This document shows positions 14,307 through 29,339 of a stretch of DNA of 64,000 nt, piece by piece (position 1 is the first letter of the stretch; every line of letters begins with the position of its first letter). Where the stretch lies: the NCBI GenBank assembly GCA_001938485.1, contig MQRK01241354.1, positions 1 to 64,000 of the forward strand. The letters run 5' to 3'. A program made the translations under genes and the position numbers. Origin of the DNA: Girardia tigrina. Its lineage: Eukaryota. The notes beneath the pieces were generated by a model, which was given only the letters and a program-made list of their open reading frames with translations, had not been told where the DNA came from and searched no databases.

Positions 14307-17300
14307 CTTTTAAAATAGTTTTGACGGATATTTATAAGTGCGTTTTAAAATTTCTATATCACACTAATTGTTAAAACAAATACAAGGATTCGTTCTATTT
14401 TTACGTACCTGTACTAAAATTAATTGTATCAAATAATCTTACAAATATAGACTATACAATTAATTAATTTATTTGCGTTATACCTAATAAATGTATCGCA
14501 AGTCTTTTAAAAATTATGCCCGCACTATATAAAATTAATATCAATTGAATTATCCGAAACACTACAAAAGTTGCAATGGGTCAAATAGATGCGAACAACT
14601 GCGTTGTTTAGCGAGTTTTAAAACATCCGATGTTCCTCGATGAAAGCCGGATGAAGTTTACTTGATGACTCCAATCACCAAGATGATATTTTGGTCTCGT
14701 CAAACGAAATTATACCTCATGGTTATTTACCGCAATTATTTAAGAATTTACTTTTTTTGTTAAATTTGCCACCAATATCTAGCATTTTATTTAAATTTTA
14801 AATGGTCCTGAGTGAAAAGGATAAACTCATGTCGAGTCCATTTTCGAATTGCCCCCCCCCAGTGGGGCATGGGCTTCACGTTAGGAAACATGGAGTTAGT
14901 CTGAATGAAAACGGTCTTATACGACCGTATACAATATACATATTCATTGATTCTGAAACTTTATATACAGATCCAAATAAGGAAATAAAACATCATAATA
15001 ATAAGAAATAAAGAAAAAATATAATAAATCCTTGACACAAAATCAAATCTGAAAGTACCATTACCCTCTGATTTTTTATTTCACGCGATAGCAAATCAAC
15101 GTAATATTTATTCTTTCGAAAACAATATATTTTTTGTCTTTATCTCGCAAATCCTTAGAAAAAAGATCCTGGATTTAACTTTTTCATATTCTCATCAAAC
15201 GTAATTCGTTACAATATGTGAAATATAATTTAAGCTTTCCTGAATTCAATTATCAAACTCTTCAATGTCGGATGTGGGGAAAGTTTCTCGATTAATATTT
15301 GTCAAATGAAAATGTTGTTTTCCACAATGACAGGATTTTCTAATATCTTAATTGTTTCTAGTTGCAAATTGTATTTTCTTTTGATATCGGTTACGGGGGC
15401 TTTATGATCTCTTAAAATTCTACTTTCTTCTACTACAATAATCTAAGCCTTTCCTTTTAGCTTTCTTTTTCTTCGTAGTTAAATAATTATCTTAATTACT
15501 TAAATTCAAATATTTTTTGATATTTACAAAATTACTTTTGTCTCCAACTATTTTAGTGGTTAAGAAATATTTAACGTGTTCAACGTAAACACGTATAGTT
15601 TAATTCAGGAATCTCAAAGATTTTAGAATTGTGAGGTAAGACTAATGTTTTAGAAGGTCGGACTTTTACTTTTTTTAATAAATAAAGTAAAAGGGCAAAT
15701 TGCTTTCCCACATGTTTTTATTTGGTTTGAATGTATGAATCCATGTATGAATATTGTTTCATAGTTCTATTATTTTGTACTTATTCATATATGGAGTTGC
15801 CAATTCGGTACACATAGTATAACTTTCGCAGATTTGTTATGAGCTCGTAAATATTGGCCTTTCGATGTTTAAGATTTGAATTCTAAAAGGTAAAGTTAAA
15901 TTGCATTTTAAACACATCCTTTGGTATTTCTTAATTGATGAGTTGCATTTTAGTGTTTTTTAGTAGTTAATAATTTTTTTAAGTAATTTTTTTTCTGATA
16001 GTGAATAAATATATCATGAAGCTTCAGACGCCATCGAAAAATCAAGAAACGATATAGATCTAATCATAACATGCAATGGAACAATGATCACACGAATGAT
16101 CAATTGAATAAAATATTGTACTATGTAAAAAACGAAAACATTGAACAAGCTGAAAATTATTTTCGAGTAGAAGACAATCTGAAGGACTCTTCGATATCAG
16201 AAGATTATCGCTACAACAAATATTGAAGATCGAAATTAGTTTGTTTCCTTACGGAAATTTAAATTATTTAGTAAACAGTTTAGTCTTCCATGATTCGACC
16301 TTTCAAACAAAATGGTGACCATGAATAAAAGCATGGAAATAAAATTCAACCAAATATGGTTTTCAGACACTCATTTACATCATATATATTCGTATATTCG
16401 GGGAAGAGATGACCTTCAATTGCAATTTATCATTTCCTCCATCCAATAAGAATTACCATTTGGTGTTTCATCTCTTCAGAATAAAACATGGAGCTGGCAT
16501 TATTTCTGAATCTGGCGAAGAAGAGGATTATTGATTTATTGTGAATTGCACAAGACCTCATCAAACTTGATATATATTGTTTGATATATTGTCAGAATTT
16601 AAGCGTAACATTTCATTGGTGCTCAAGAAAAACCGTTAATGGAATTAATTGACCGTCATATTCTCCAAATTTTAATCTCTATTATTATTTTTGTGAGATT
16701 ACTTAAAGATAAATTTGTCGAAATCAACCATCAACAATCAACGATCTCAATGAGGTTATTGAACTGGAAATTAAAGAAATTTATCAAAACGAATCTGCAA
16801 ATATTAGACTCCGCGTACCCTAAGTGCCATTTCGCATATCAAACAAACATATTATATGTGGACAAGAAATTTCCGATCGACTTTCTTTGTTTTGAAAATG
16901 TAAATGGAAACTTGGTATACAAATTAAACAATCTTGGAGTAACCACTTTAATAATACAATGTACTCGTTTATCTACGTTATACAAAAGGAACATGTACGA
17001 CTCAAATTAACTTTTTGTCATTTTTGTATTGGATGTACAATATTTCAATATTTGTGGACGGGTCGCGAGTTGCGGATACACGGTTAAAATATATAATTCC
17101 AAATTTACGCTTTAACAAATCTGTACAAAATAGCTACAAGCGATCCATAAAGAGTTAAAGTTTCTTTTTAAATAAAAGTCACTGAAATTCTTAATTTATT
17201 TAAAAGAAATACGACATCTGTAGATATTATTTCTCTCGATTATTGTTACTTTAGGAAAGAATATATTTGTACAAAAATTGAAGAAATAAAAAAATTGAAT

Positions 17301-20300
17301 AACAATTACAACATTTGAAGACTATTACAAATATATTTTGTATATATCGATGGTGTTATTATGATCATTAGATCTCTAATAATGTACTTTTTACTGCTTA
17401 TATGTATATAATCTATTACATCAACTGGATTGAAACTCTTAAAAAAAGTGGTTGAAAGTACTGTTTGAACATTAATTTTGGGATCCCTAGGCCATGAGAT
17501 TTATTTGCCAAAATTAACAATTACTTTTCTATTTTTCTGACAATTTTAATTAAATAATTGAAAGAAAATAGTCGGTTGTCCTTCAAAGAATTGACGAACA
17601 TAGGTATTATGCGAAAATTATTATTTTGATTCAGATATTTTCGGATTTGTCCTATTTTTCCAATTATTAATAATAAAAACCGAAAATTTAAAATATTTTT
17701 TACAATTTTATTATTTTTATAATCCATAAAATTTTAAATAGGCTTTTTATGAATGTTTTTGGAGATCACAACACATAGCAATTAATTTTACAATATTTAA
17801 CTTCTTATTTTTTTGCCTTAAAAATTTCACAATCATTGATAAAATGTTATTGGCATATATTTATTGCTGAAAATACCGCCAAATTTACATTTAATTTTTT
17901 TAATATGATATCCTGCGTTAATAAACCTACTTACCTAGAGCAAGTCTATTATTGTCACATTTTCCTGACAGGAGCATTAAAGTTTTTGTCCAAGAGAATG
18001 TAGAGTGGATGTGGCTGAAGTGAAGACTATTTGTTACGCGGCTGCTTGAAAATTTAAATCTTAAAATTTAATGATTTTTTAATTTATAACAATGATTTTT
18101 TTAAAGAAAAATATTTGTAAAGTTAAGTTTATATAAAATCAGACAAATTGTCTTAAATAATTTTATTTAATATATAAGAAATTAAATAGAGATAAACGCC
18201 ATATAAAAATGGCATTTCTTGTTGGTAACGAAACTTTTCGAACAACAAACACTTAAATCTATTAATATAAAAACCAGTTTCTGTCGGAGAGGAGCTTTGA
18301 ACAATGGCTGAACCATTTCAGTTAGCAATAATTTTAATTATTGGTAAATACTCATATTTACTGATCAAATCATTAATAATCTTGAATAGCAAACGTGGAA
18401 ACCATTCCAAAAAATATTATTCATAAATATAAATTAATTATATGTCAAGTGAAAACATGACGAAGATTAAACATTTAAGAAATTTGATGCTTATGAAACT
18501 ACATCATTTTGTTTCATGAAGGTACAACCTGCTTTATTAAGTTCTTTTAATGATACTAGAAAAGATGGATTGATAGAATGAAGGTTAATAGAAGTTTTAA
18601 AGAATCATCAAACTAATTTAGGACTTGATTGATTTCCCATAACAAACACTCGAAAAATAATTTAGCCATCGATAATATATTAATATAATTTCGATGTCCA
18701 TAGTTGAGGTGTAGTTGAATAGTCTCGCAAATGAGGAATGACAAATTTTCACATTTAGGTGATTAGAATCCTTTAATAAGGTCAATACAGCTTCCAAAAT
18801 TTTGGCTCTTTTAGATGTAAAAGTACTACAGCTAGATTACGAGATTAAAATTTGATATTATTGCTTATTATTTATTTAAAATTTTTTTCAAGCCAATCAC
18901 AGTTTATGAATTTTGACGGTTTAACCGTCATCGTCAGAACAAATGATTTTTCAAACGAAATTTACTTATATAGTGCAGTTAATGATTACACATCATTACA
19001 AATCAATACATCATTTAAAAACTCTCAACAAAGTTGTAGAAAATGCATTTTGAACGTTAATTTTAGGATCCAAAGATCTTATATATAACGCTTCACATGT
19101 CACTCTCCCACTAATTTTTAAATTGATGGCACAGAATTTTAAAGTGTTGTGAATTTATATCTCCTTTACAATATCTTTTATGTCCCGCAATGTTACAGTA
19201 AAAGTACATTATCTTTGATTTATTATTATTATTATTTTTCGACGCCAAAAAATTGAATGGATTGCGGTAAGCAGAGGGGAAATAATCGGGATAAACAATA
19301 TTTAGAATATTTTAAAAAATGTTGGTTCGACGGAAAAAATATTTTAAATTGCCAACAGAAAAATTAATAATATTCAATCCTAAGTAAATATACTTGGATT
19401 GAACCATTAATATTTAATAAATCAATAAAAATATTTATTGACAAATTTGGATTTAAAAAATTAAAAGATCAAATTAATTTTCCAACTACCGTGAGAAGTA
19501 ATTGTCGTATTTTGACCTATCTTTTTATTCCTCAGCCAAAAAATTCATATACTAATCGACGTCATTTAAATTTACAAAAACAAACAATTAACTATCGAAA
19601 TTTTATTCAAATAGCCGTTATCCTCATTCATCGAATCTCTATAATTCTATATTTAAAACAGAGTAAAAAAAAGCAAAAAAGAAATTGTGATAACTCTAAG
19701 CCAAATAAAATTCCATTTCCCAATTAAAATAATCTCGTCTTTTTAACAATTATATCCGTTCCTGTAAGAGTGAATTGTTATTTATTTTTTGTTGATACTT
19801 TACCGTTATAGTTGTAATAATCAATACATTTTGTTAATAATTTCGTTTCGAGTTTATTTCAGTTCATTCGATTATTTATTTATAAAAGTAAGCACTTTCA
19901 ATTAATTTAAATTTTTGAGATTGCTTCCTTTTCATTTACTTCCACCTTCATTACGACTGTGTTCCTGGATTCTCTTACAGAGATGACGTGAAGTCTCTCC
20001 AATGTATGTGGCGTTACACCCCTTACATGTATATTGGTAAATGAGATCCGAACACAATCCTAATGTTGGAGATTTATTGCCGAATACGCTTTCAATTTTT
20101 GGGGTACCGGATACTTTACTTTTAAACTTATTGCATTATCTAACGTTTTCAAAACAGAATTTTTAAATATTTTAAACCCCTCTGAATATGGTACAGTTAA
20201 CACATAACCTATTTCCAAACTTTTATCATTCAACTTTGATTGGCTTGAAAAATTTTTATTCGACAGTTTGCCAATTTTATTCAAATTTATTCATTATTAT

Positions 20301-23300
20301 TTTTTTATTTTTTAAAAGTTGTATCACATCTTCATCCGCTTTACTTTCAATTTTGGCGAATTTTGCAAATATTAATTCAGCAATTAAATCCATATATGTT
20401 GAAATAGGCTTCAGGATGTATCTGAAAGTGAAGCAGTTAAACTACAAGTGTCTACTCTTATCTGTTCAATTTTTCAGTACTTAACTTTTATCATTAATTT
20501 CAGATTATCATTAAAACTTTTTCATGAAGAATATGTTTTTAATGATAAGCGAAATTCTTCAATAAAATGATAAATTTGTTAAATTAAGTATAGTCCTCGA
20601 TTTGTTAATTTTTCGATGATATTCCTACAAGGGGAGAGAAATCATATATTTTATTACTACTGTTTCGACTGCTATATTTAATAAATACGATTGCTTTCTA
20701 ATGACATATAATTACTTATAATAAGAACATAACCAATAATTATAAATGATGGATTAAGTAGTCCGAGTATTCAGTTACCACTGCACTCAAAGATCATAAA
20801 GAAATAATTATTGCTCATCAGAGATTTTATAATTTTTCAAATATCATAGAGAATTCAAGACGTCATTTTCAGATTTTCTGTGGTTTTCCAAAACATTTCA
20901 TTTAAGTTGTTGAATATTTTGTAAAAAATAACAGTTTGTCGTAAACTAAGGAAGGTGATGTAAACTTCCATTATGGAATTTCCTTGATATATGACCAAGT
21001 GAGGCCCTAAAGATAGAAGATTATTGGTGGACAAAAATAGTACGAATTTTCATTCATTTATTGAGCTTATGCAGCATCCATTTGTCGCACCTTTTCCTCA
21101 ATGTTGTTTTAGATGTTAAACAAAAGTGGTCTATTTTTAACAGTATCCAACCATATCCTTTACTAATTTATTCATTTTTAAAACATAAATGAACATTGTC
21201 ATATCTAATAATTAACTGAATAAGAATAACTGTAAAATAATTTAGCCTCCTAACATTAATTTCTCTTTTAACCCTTTCATTCACGAATTAAATCTACAGC
21301 CTAAATAATTACTAGGGGGTTAAAATATAGTTCTTTTGGCTTCATTTTCTACAAAAATATTTTATTAAATATAAATCTTTAGGCTACATATTTTTCAAAT
21401 TGGTACCACATATACCAATTATCAACCCGGGATATGCAAGAAATACACCACAAGGTGATTATCAGTATATTGTACAGTACGTATAAACGAGTTAATAACT
21501 AATGAACGTTTATAACCTATTCAAGTTTATATTTATGTGGTGCGCCAAATACTTCGTGAGACTAATATAGAAATGATAATAGTAAAAAAAACTGATAGAC
21601 ACATTTAAACGTCAATATATATATATATATAGGTTAAGGAAATTTATTTTGTTTTAATAATCTATTATTGTTTAAGTCAATTGTTGTGAAAATTCGAAAA
21701 ATGAGACTAGAAACTATTCAATACCGTAGCGTTTCTCTTTCACAAAGGAAAAAAATAGAAAAGAATGCCCATCCACAGCAACAATTTATCGTTGGTTCAA
21801 TTACTTTCAGAGTGGTAGAACCTCTTTGGTGGACGAAGAAAATTTGGATGACCCTCGGAAATTGATAGAAAAATAACGCAAAAGCTGCAGATAATCGTGC
21901 AAAACGAGAGAAGAATAATGATGAGAGAGCTCACAACCTGTCTAAATGTGAGTAAAGATACTGCATACTCTCCTTGCTGAAAGTGGTATTCGAAAACTAT
22001 GTTCCCGTTTTGCGCCACACTTCTTAACGGTAGAAATGCGACAACGACTTTTGGAATGCTGCTTGGAAAATCTACAGATCAGGAACAATGTTGGAGACAG
22101 TTTCATTGGTAATATCTTCACTGTTGACGAGACATCATTGTCTCTTTATGTCCCCGAATTTAAAGAGGAAACTACCAGGAGAAAGTAGCTCACTGAAAAT
22201 GCGATCCTCAACGTCCCACTGAAAGGCTCTCATGCTGACGGTATTTTGAGACGCCAATGGCATTATTCTGACTGACTTTGCTGAATCCAGCTCAAATATC
22301 AAGAGTTCTTACTACTCCAACTACACGACGCAAGAACAGAGTGTTCGATCTCTTTTTTTCAACGATCATGCTCCCATCCACACCAGCAGCGTTTCCATGG
22401 CCACAATTGAGCGTTGCGGGCTCAATTTGCTCCCCCATCCACCATACAGGCCAGATTTGGCTCCCTCCGATTTTTTCCTGTTTAATTATCTTAAGAAGCA
22501 TTTGCGAACAAAAATGATTTGAGAGCCCCCGTGGAGAATTTACTAGGAGAAAAGCATCCAGAATTTTTCAAAAACCTCGTTATTCGCTGGGAAAATTGTG
22601 TCCGTGTACAAGGAAATTATTTTGAGAAATGATGTATATTTACCATACTTATTATAAATACGAAGTAGTGTTGATATCTTAAGTCTTTCCATATTAATCT
22701 CACGACTTATTGAGCGCACCACGTATGACTAAATTCAAATAATTTGCAAATAGTATTCCAAGTTATGGAAATTGGTGTTATGAAAGGTCAAAGGAAACAG
22801 GAAGACATCTCAAGAGTACGATAAATAAATAAATAATCATTTAATGAAATTTACGATTTCAGAAATTATGTAAATAAAAGTCAACTGTTGTTTCTACAAT
22901 CACTCAGAGTTTTTGTACAACACAATGATTATTATTTGACAAGTCTTTCAATAATTTAAAATAAACTAAGACAAATGTTTTTCTAAAATAAACAAAAAGA
23001 AATTAGAGATTTTGATAAAAATATTGCTTTCATATTATAAAGTTATTAAAAATGGGAATTGATTTTTTATAATAAAAAGGGAACTAAATTTAAACAGAAG
23101 AATTGATTATGTATTGAAAAGTAATAAAAAATGTTTTTAAGTATGTTGCGTCCAGAAACGGAAATCCATCAATATCCCAAAATGGTTTACGAAAAAAACA
23201 TCGCAGAAAAAACGTCGCAGTAAAAATTATCGTAAAAAAAACATCGCAGAAAACATTGTGAAATTAAATTATTAAATTATATCTTAAAAAACATCCCAGA

Positions 23301-26300
23301 AATTGTTACAAAATGTTTTTTTAGTTAATTTCATCTCAGAAATGAAGATAACATTTTTTAGTAAATTTCAACAAAAAAATGCTAATATTTTATTGAGAAA
23401 TTTTTAATAAATAATTTATTAAATTATTTAAGAGAAAAACGTCGCCGATATTTTGATTGTATTCCAAGAAAATTTTATTTTGGAATTATAAATTAGTATT
23501 CATGTGGTTTTTAAAATATTTTTTTCAAATATATAAATTTCGAATTGACAAGATTTCGAATTGGACAATCGCAATTTCTGGGATGTTTTTTTGATAATTT
23601 AATAATTTCGTGATGTTTTTTATGATGTTTTTCTGCGATGTTTTTACATGATCCCCTCCAGCATTATTTGGATTTCAGAAATATGACAATTTTAGGTATT
23701 AAAAAATCATAGGAAACGACTTAATGTATATGAGTGTATAGGACAATACAATATGTACCTCAAAGTTTTAAACTCTGTACTAAAATCTGTCTTAATAAGT
23801 CGACCTTGACATTGTAATTGATAATCAAAGAAGCAATGTGTCCCAGTGAACAAATTGCGGTATAAATATCAAAGTATTATGAATGTATAATTTTTACTTG
23901 GCGAAAGGAGAAGTGAAACACCGTGATTTTCCTCAGAAAATGCATATATAGTCCGGATTAACAAAAAAGTAGCAGCTCTATTTCACTTTATTCTGCTTTT
24001 TTTGTTGTTTCTTAAGTGATGAAAAAACAAATATATGCTTGAAATATACTTGATGCCTTAAGTAGTTACAAAACTGAAAACGTACTTTTCGAAACAGGCA
24101 GAAATTCTGTTTAATTATCACAAAACATTTGAGAAATTTTGCGTTAAAATTAAATGAACATTTTGATTACTTTTGTGGCATTGTGGATAGCACAATCTTT
24201 TTATCTTTGTCAAGTAAGTTACTTTGATGAGAATGAAAAAAATAATATTTACGAAGTCCAAGAATTTCTATTCACCTAAAACAGGAAATTTTCCAAGATG
24301 TTTTTCCATGATTTCATATAAAATCTATAAATTGGCGATTTTTTTTGTAATGATTTAAGTTAATAATTAGTTTATGGGCTCCGAATATTTACCACCCCTG
24401 AAGACTAAGTAAATTATATATCCATTATCATCATACTAATTCTAATAGTTATTTTCATATTTATATTTTTGATAAATATAATATGCTATATTTGAATAAA
24501 TATTTCAATAAAGTATAAAAATTAATTTTCCTAGATTGAAAGTACAATGACATAAATTTAAGCTTCAAATACCCAAATGAATCAAAATATCATTTTTGTT
24601 GAACGAAAAAATGTTTTCCTTGAAAAAAATTAATGTAGAACAAATCAATGTTTTTTCAGATGTGCCTTATTTGAAAATATATATATTTGGGAAAACCGTT
24701 TTTTATATCTAAAGAGTAATAAACAAGCTAGTGAAAATGGCGATAGGAAATTTGTTCTGTTCTGTTTTAAGGAGAGAAAATAAAATTCATCTTGTGTCAC
24801 ATCCATGTATAAATAATTTGTTTATTATATTTAAACTGCACAACTCAACTGAATTTACGGTATACTGAGTTGAGGGATAAAATTATTGTCACAATTTTTT
24901 TCATTAAAATGCCCAAATTTACATCGAAAGTTACTCACATTAAAAAATTGATGAATCGTTTTAACTTCTTATATTTATGGACATGTTGGGATTGAGGACC
25001 AGATTTCCAAAAAATGCTTGCTTGAAGGATAAGTGAATGTATTTTGTGGTACGTTTTCGTTTAGCTAGTATTAAGAAATGTCATCTCTCCATGGACACCT
25101 GAAGTTGTAATTATAAAGTATTATTATAAAGAGGAAAATTTAGTTGTTTCAAAGTAAAATGAGCCAAATGTTTTTTATTTTACAAAGTTTTTTTTAATTT
25201 ACTAAATTCAATCTTGGCTTCTATAAAAATTCTGAACTTTTTGTGTTCATTTTAGCCTATAAAAATCCAAGGACTGTTTTCAAAAATCATCCAAAAACTA
25301 AACATAAAAATCTCCAAAACAGGCGATTCATTCACGTCATATACAATTTTATATTCAATATATCTTTCCATAATGATTTAACATTTATATTTTTTTTATG
25401 CATTTCGAACTTTGACTACGAAGTGTTTCATTCTCAAAAGCCAAAATGAGGAGGTTACCGGAAATTTATGCTGATTATAAAAATGTTCTTTCATTTTCAT
25501 TTTCTTTTAATGTAATTTTGAAAAAAAACTTATTTCGAATTAAAAGGTTGTGTTCGATATTAAGATACCTTGTACAGGGGTTTGAAGAATTATTATTGTT
25601 AGAAGACTTCGAGACTGTCATAAAATTTATTTAAAAGACAATAAAATGAGGAATATCATCAGTATATATATTGATTAATGCCGTCATCAATCTGGGTCAA
25701 ACATACACTCATTCATTTCACCATACACACTATTTCGGTCGTGACCTATTACACAACAATACAAAGATCACACCTCAAACATTCCATACATAAATTACGC
25801 AACATACAATTATTAGTTTGGATAATAATTCTCCTCACAATTATGAAAGCGTTTCCTGTGAGGTATTATTTTGGGTAAATAGGCGATTCGCCTAATTGAC
25901 GTTTCGCCTAAATGACAATTCGCCTAAATGAAGTTTTACCTAAATGTCGTTTCATCTAAATGTTGGTTCACCTAAATAAGGTATCAAATAGTCACAATTT
26001 GAGTTAGTAATATGGTCTTAATTAAATGAATCACAAAATAAAAATATAGTTTAATAACATTTTTTATTAAAAAACAATATTTTTTATTCATTCGATTCAA
26101 ATGTTTTTTTTCCTTGTTGATCTGTCCAACGGAAGTTAATTTGCGATTTCCGAAAGGACAATTTATTAATTATGCTCTTTTATTTTAAAAATGTGCATTT
26201 CATTAGGTAAAATAACAATTAGGTAAAACTTCATTTAGGCAAAACGTCAATTAGGTGAACCGCCTAATCATAATCTATTTTTATGAGAAATATAGTATGA

Positions 26301-29285
26301 AATCCGTAGGCGTTTACAATATTCTTTTGTATATTTAAAAATAGTAATCTCTTAGTTGACTTCTTTTTTAGAATGAAGGGTCAAACACTGATGATTTGTT
26401 AGCTGGAAATTATTTCTTTTATTTTTTAGATAACATGAATGATATAATTAGTAAATAATGTCATATAATTACACAACAAAACATTAAATAGGATACCCCG
26501 GGTATGGACGGGAATTGTATTCTACGGCCAGTCGATTTAACCACCTCTATTGACGGTATAGACATAAGGGATTCAATCTGTTTTAGAATAAGAATTTGTT
26601 TTCCGAAACAATTTATTAATGATTCATTTCTATCAGCTAAGGAATATTTTTTGGAATATAGTTGAAATTAATTATATTCTTTTGTTTGATTGTTGCTTCT
26701 CCCTATTTCCATTCTGTGAAAAGTTTTATTTTGCCTTCTTGACACAACTTTTTGTAACTTTGTTATACACTGCCGTTTGTGTCAATATTCTCCATTTTCA
26801 ATTTAGCAACTTTGAATAAAGGTTTGTTATTATCATTCTTTATACATATTGTTCTTTTTCATTAAATGAATTACATATATAATCTAATTGATTATAATTA
26901 TAATTATTATATGAAATTATGATGTGATACTAAAATGGGAGATTTAGACTGTTATATAAATAACAGTAAGAAATATAATTTTAACACGTTTTAGGACCTT
27001 CATTTTCGAAAAAGACAACAAAATGAAGCTTTTTTTGATTTCTAGGGGCATACATAATAACATAATATGTATGCAAATAGAAAATTTGTATGAATAAAAT
27101 GATCATTAATAAATCGTTTTTTAGACATAAACAAATATTAAGTATATTGATTCTGTGTTAGTAGTTTGAACATTAAAATATAATTCAACAATGAATTGTA
27201 TTAAGATGATAAATTTTATTTTACTTTTTAGAATCCAAATCATTTATCACTATTGGTCTTTGGGAAACCATGTGGCTAATTATCACAATCTCGTGCTTCT
27301 ACCCAGTGACCTTCTATACTCTTCTAGCGTTAACCATATTTTTATGTACGAGTCATTCGATTATCAGTATTGTAAAGATTCTATTAAATAAACCTGAATT
27401 ATTCCGTGAATGTTGGAGAGAGGTTAGTGGAACATTAATTCTAATTATTTTATTATTGAATTATTTGTCTGTTAGTCTCAAGGTTTTTGATGATACAATA
27501 CTTATTTTAAATCCAGTTCGATCAAAAACCTGAGACTCGATATCATATAAAAAATTGACAATGATCTAACAACTTTTATTTTGAATATTTATTACTAGTA
27601 CGAAAAAAATTCCTTTTTATTGATCACTTTTATTTATTTGTTTATTTTATTTCGCGGTATTTTGAAGAGAAGGGACAATGTGGAGTACCACTGAGTCATT
27701 AAATTTACTATAAACTTGGAAAAAGGGTCGACAAAATCATGAGAGACATGGGAAAGGTTATGGTGGTGATTATTTATCCAGGTTAACCCTTTATTATTGG
27801 CTGAAGTAGTTCAAGAAAGGCAGAGCAATAAACGATGCCGGCAGAGGAGGAAGATCGGGCGCTTTCGATCAGCTCTGACAAACTTGGCAATTTTTCAATA
27901 ATTTCCTTGGCAATATTATTACTCAGGACAAAATCTCACTCTCAATGTATCTCCCTGAGACCAGGAAATAGTCCACTGAGTGGTACTGTAAAGACTAGAT
28001 GTCTCTACTTACAATATGAAGTGGAACTCCTCACAGACGAGAATTCATGCTTTATGTATTCTGGTCACGAGAAGCTGTTGTCTGTTTGTATTTCTGCCCA
28101 AAAGGTGGTACCATAAATGCTGAATATTTCAGTGATCTTGTTATTGAGTACAAAATGAAGAAATGCAGGGCACCACACTTAACCTTGGCTATTGATTGAC
28201 AATGCACCTTTTCATTTTGCATACCTTTTGATTCTGAATGTATGATCTCAGTTGATGTCTTCAGTTTATTTAAGAAAGTTTCCATCGGCGGAACTATAAC
28301 ATGTACAGGAAAGGGATAACATTTACACAAACAAAAATAGATCACAACATTAAGGTTAAGTTAGACAAATTATGTACACAAACACAGGTTGAAAAAGGAC
28401 TAAAGAAGAAAACATTGAGGAGTAAAAACAAATAATTAAAATAACATATTCTGAAGGATTTAAAGTATTTAAGAAGAATATTTGCAAGAATATAAGTAGT
28501 ATCAATGTAGTTTGTATTACATTCAAAGTTCTGGAATAAATCGAAAACGATTTGTGGATTGCAAGCTAATCTGATTTATAAATTTGATTATCATGGGTGT
28601 AAAAACTCGTACATTGGAGAGATAAATTGAACCCGGATTAATGAGTTTTAGGATTTTGGTGAGCTCCTATACTAAAAATGTCATCAATTAATTATTTTAA
28701 TACGAATCTAAGAACTTTTTATTCGCACCACGTATGCTTCATAATTCACATCAATATTTTTATGAACTCCTTTCCATTTCCAATAGTTTTTCAGCATTTC
28801 TTTTGTTGGGATTGTGAGGAATATTTTGAATGTTTGATGTTTTGTGTTTGAATGTGTATGTTGATTTGGAAATGTGTCTCTCCTACCCAGATGGATGATT
28901 AATATTTTAATTCTTATTATCTAAAAATATGTAATGTTTAAATTTATTTTTAATTTCAAATATTTTTAAAATTTTAATTTTTAAAAATTAATTTTTATAA
29001 TATTTAATAAATAAATCAAATTAATATTTTTTAAAAAATTAATAATCATTTTAATTATTATCTAATAAGGTTTGAGTAAATATTTTAATAAAATATTTAT
29101 TTCCCCATTTGCTAAAAAAATAATGAGAATTAATTCATTAATCAATTTCACTTTGAATATAAATGTACGAAAGTTTTGACAAAAATTGTCTTAAGGACAA
29201 TCAAAATTGTTGTATAAAAATATAAAAATATAAAAAGTCAAATTGGTGTTCTTAATAGGGATCATACGTTTCATTTATAGGTGTG

Positions 29286-29339
<54 letters not shown>

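Noticed and set aside
14137-14892. Possible hAT/Charlie-type MITE ends
   Set aside because: Termini only loosely match and no 8-bp TSD was found.
25880-25980. Regularly spaced TTCGCCTAAAT repeats resembling a CRISPR array
   Set aside because: 15-bp period with no unique spacers, mirrored at the other end of a MITE, eukaryotic context and no cas genes.
26385-26420. CTGATGA...GAAA motif (also CTGATGA at ~11882)
   Set aside because: No pairable stem II or stem I.
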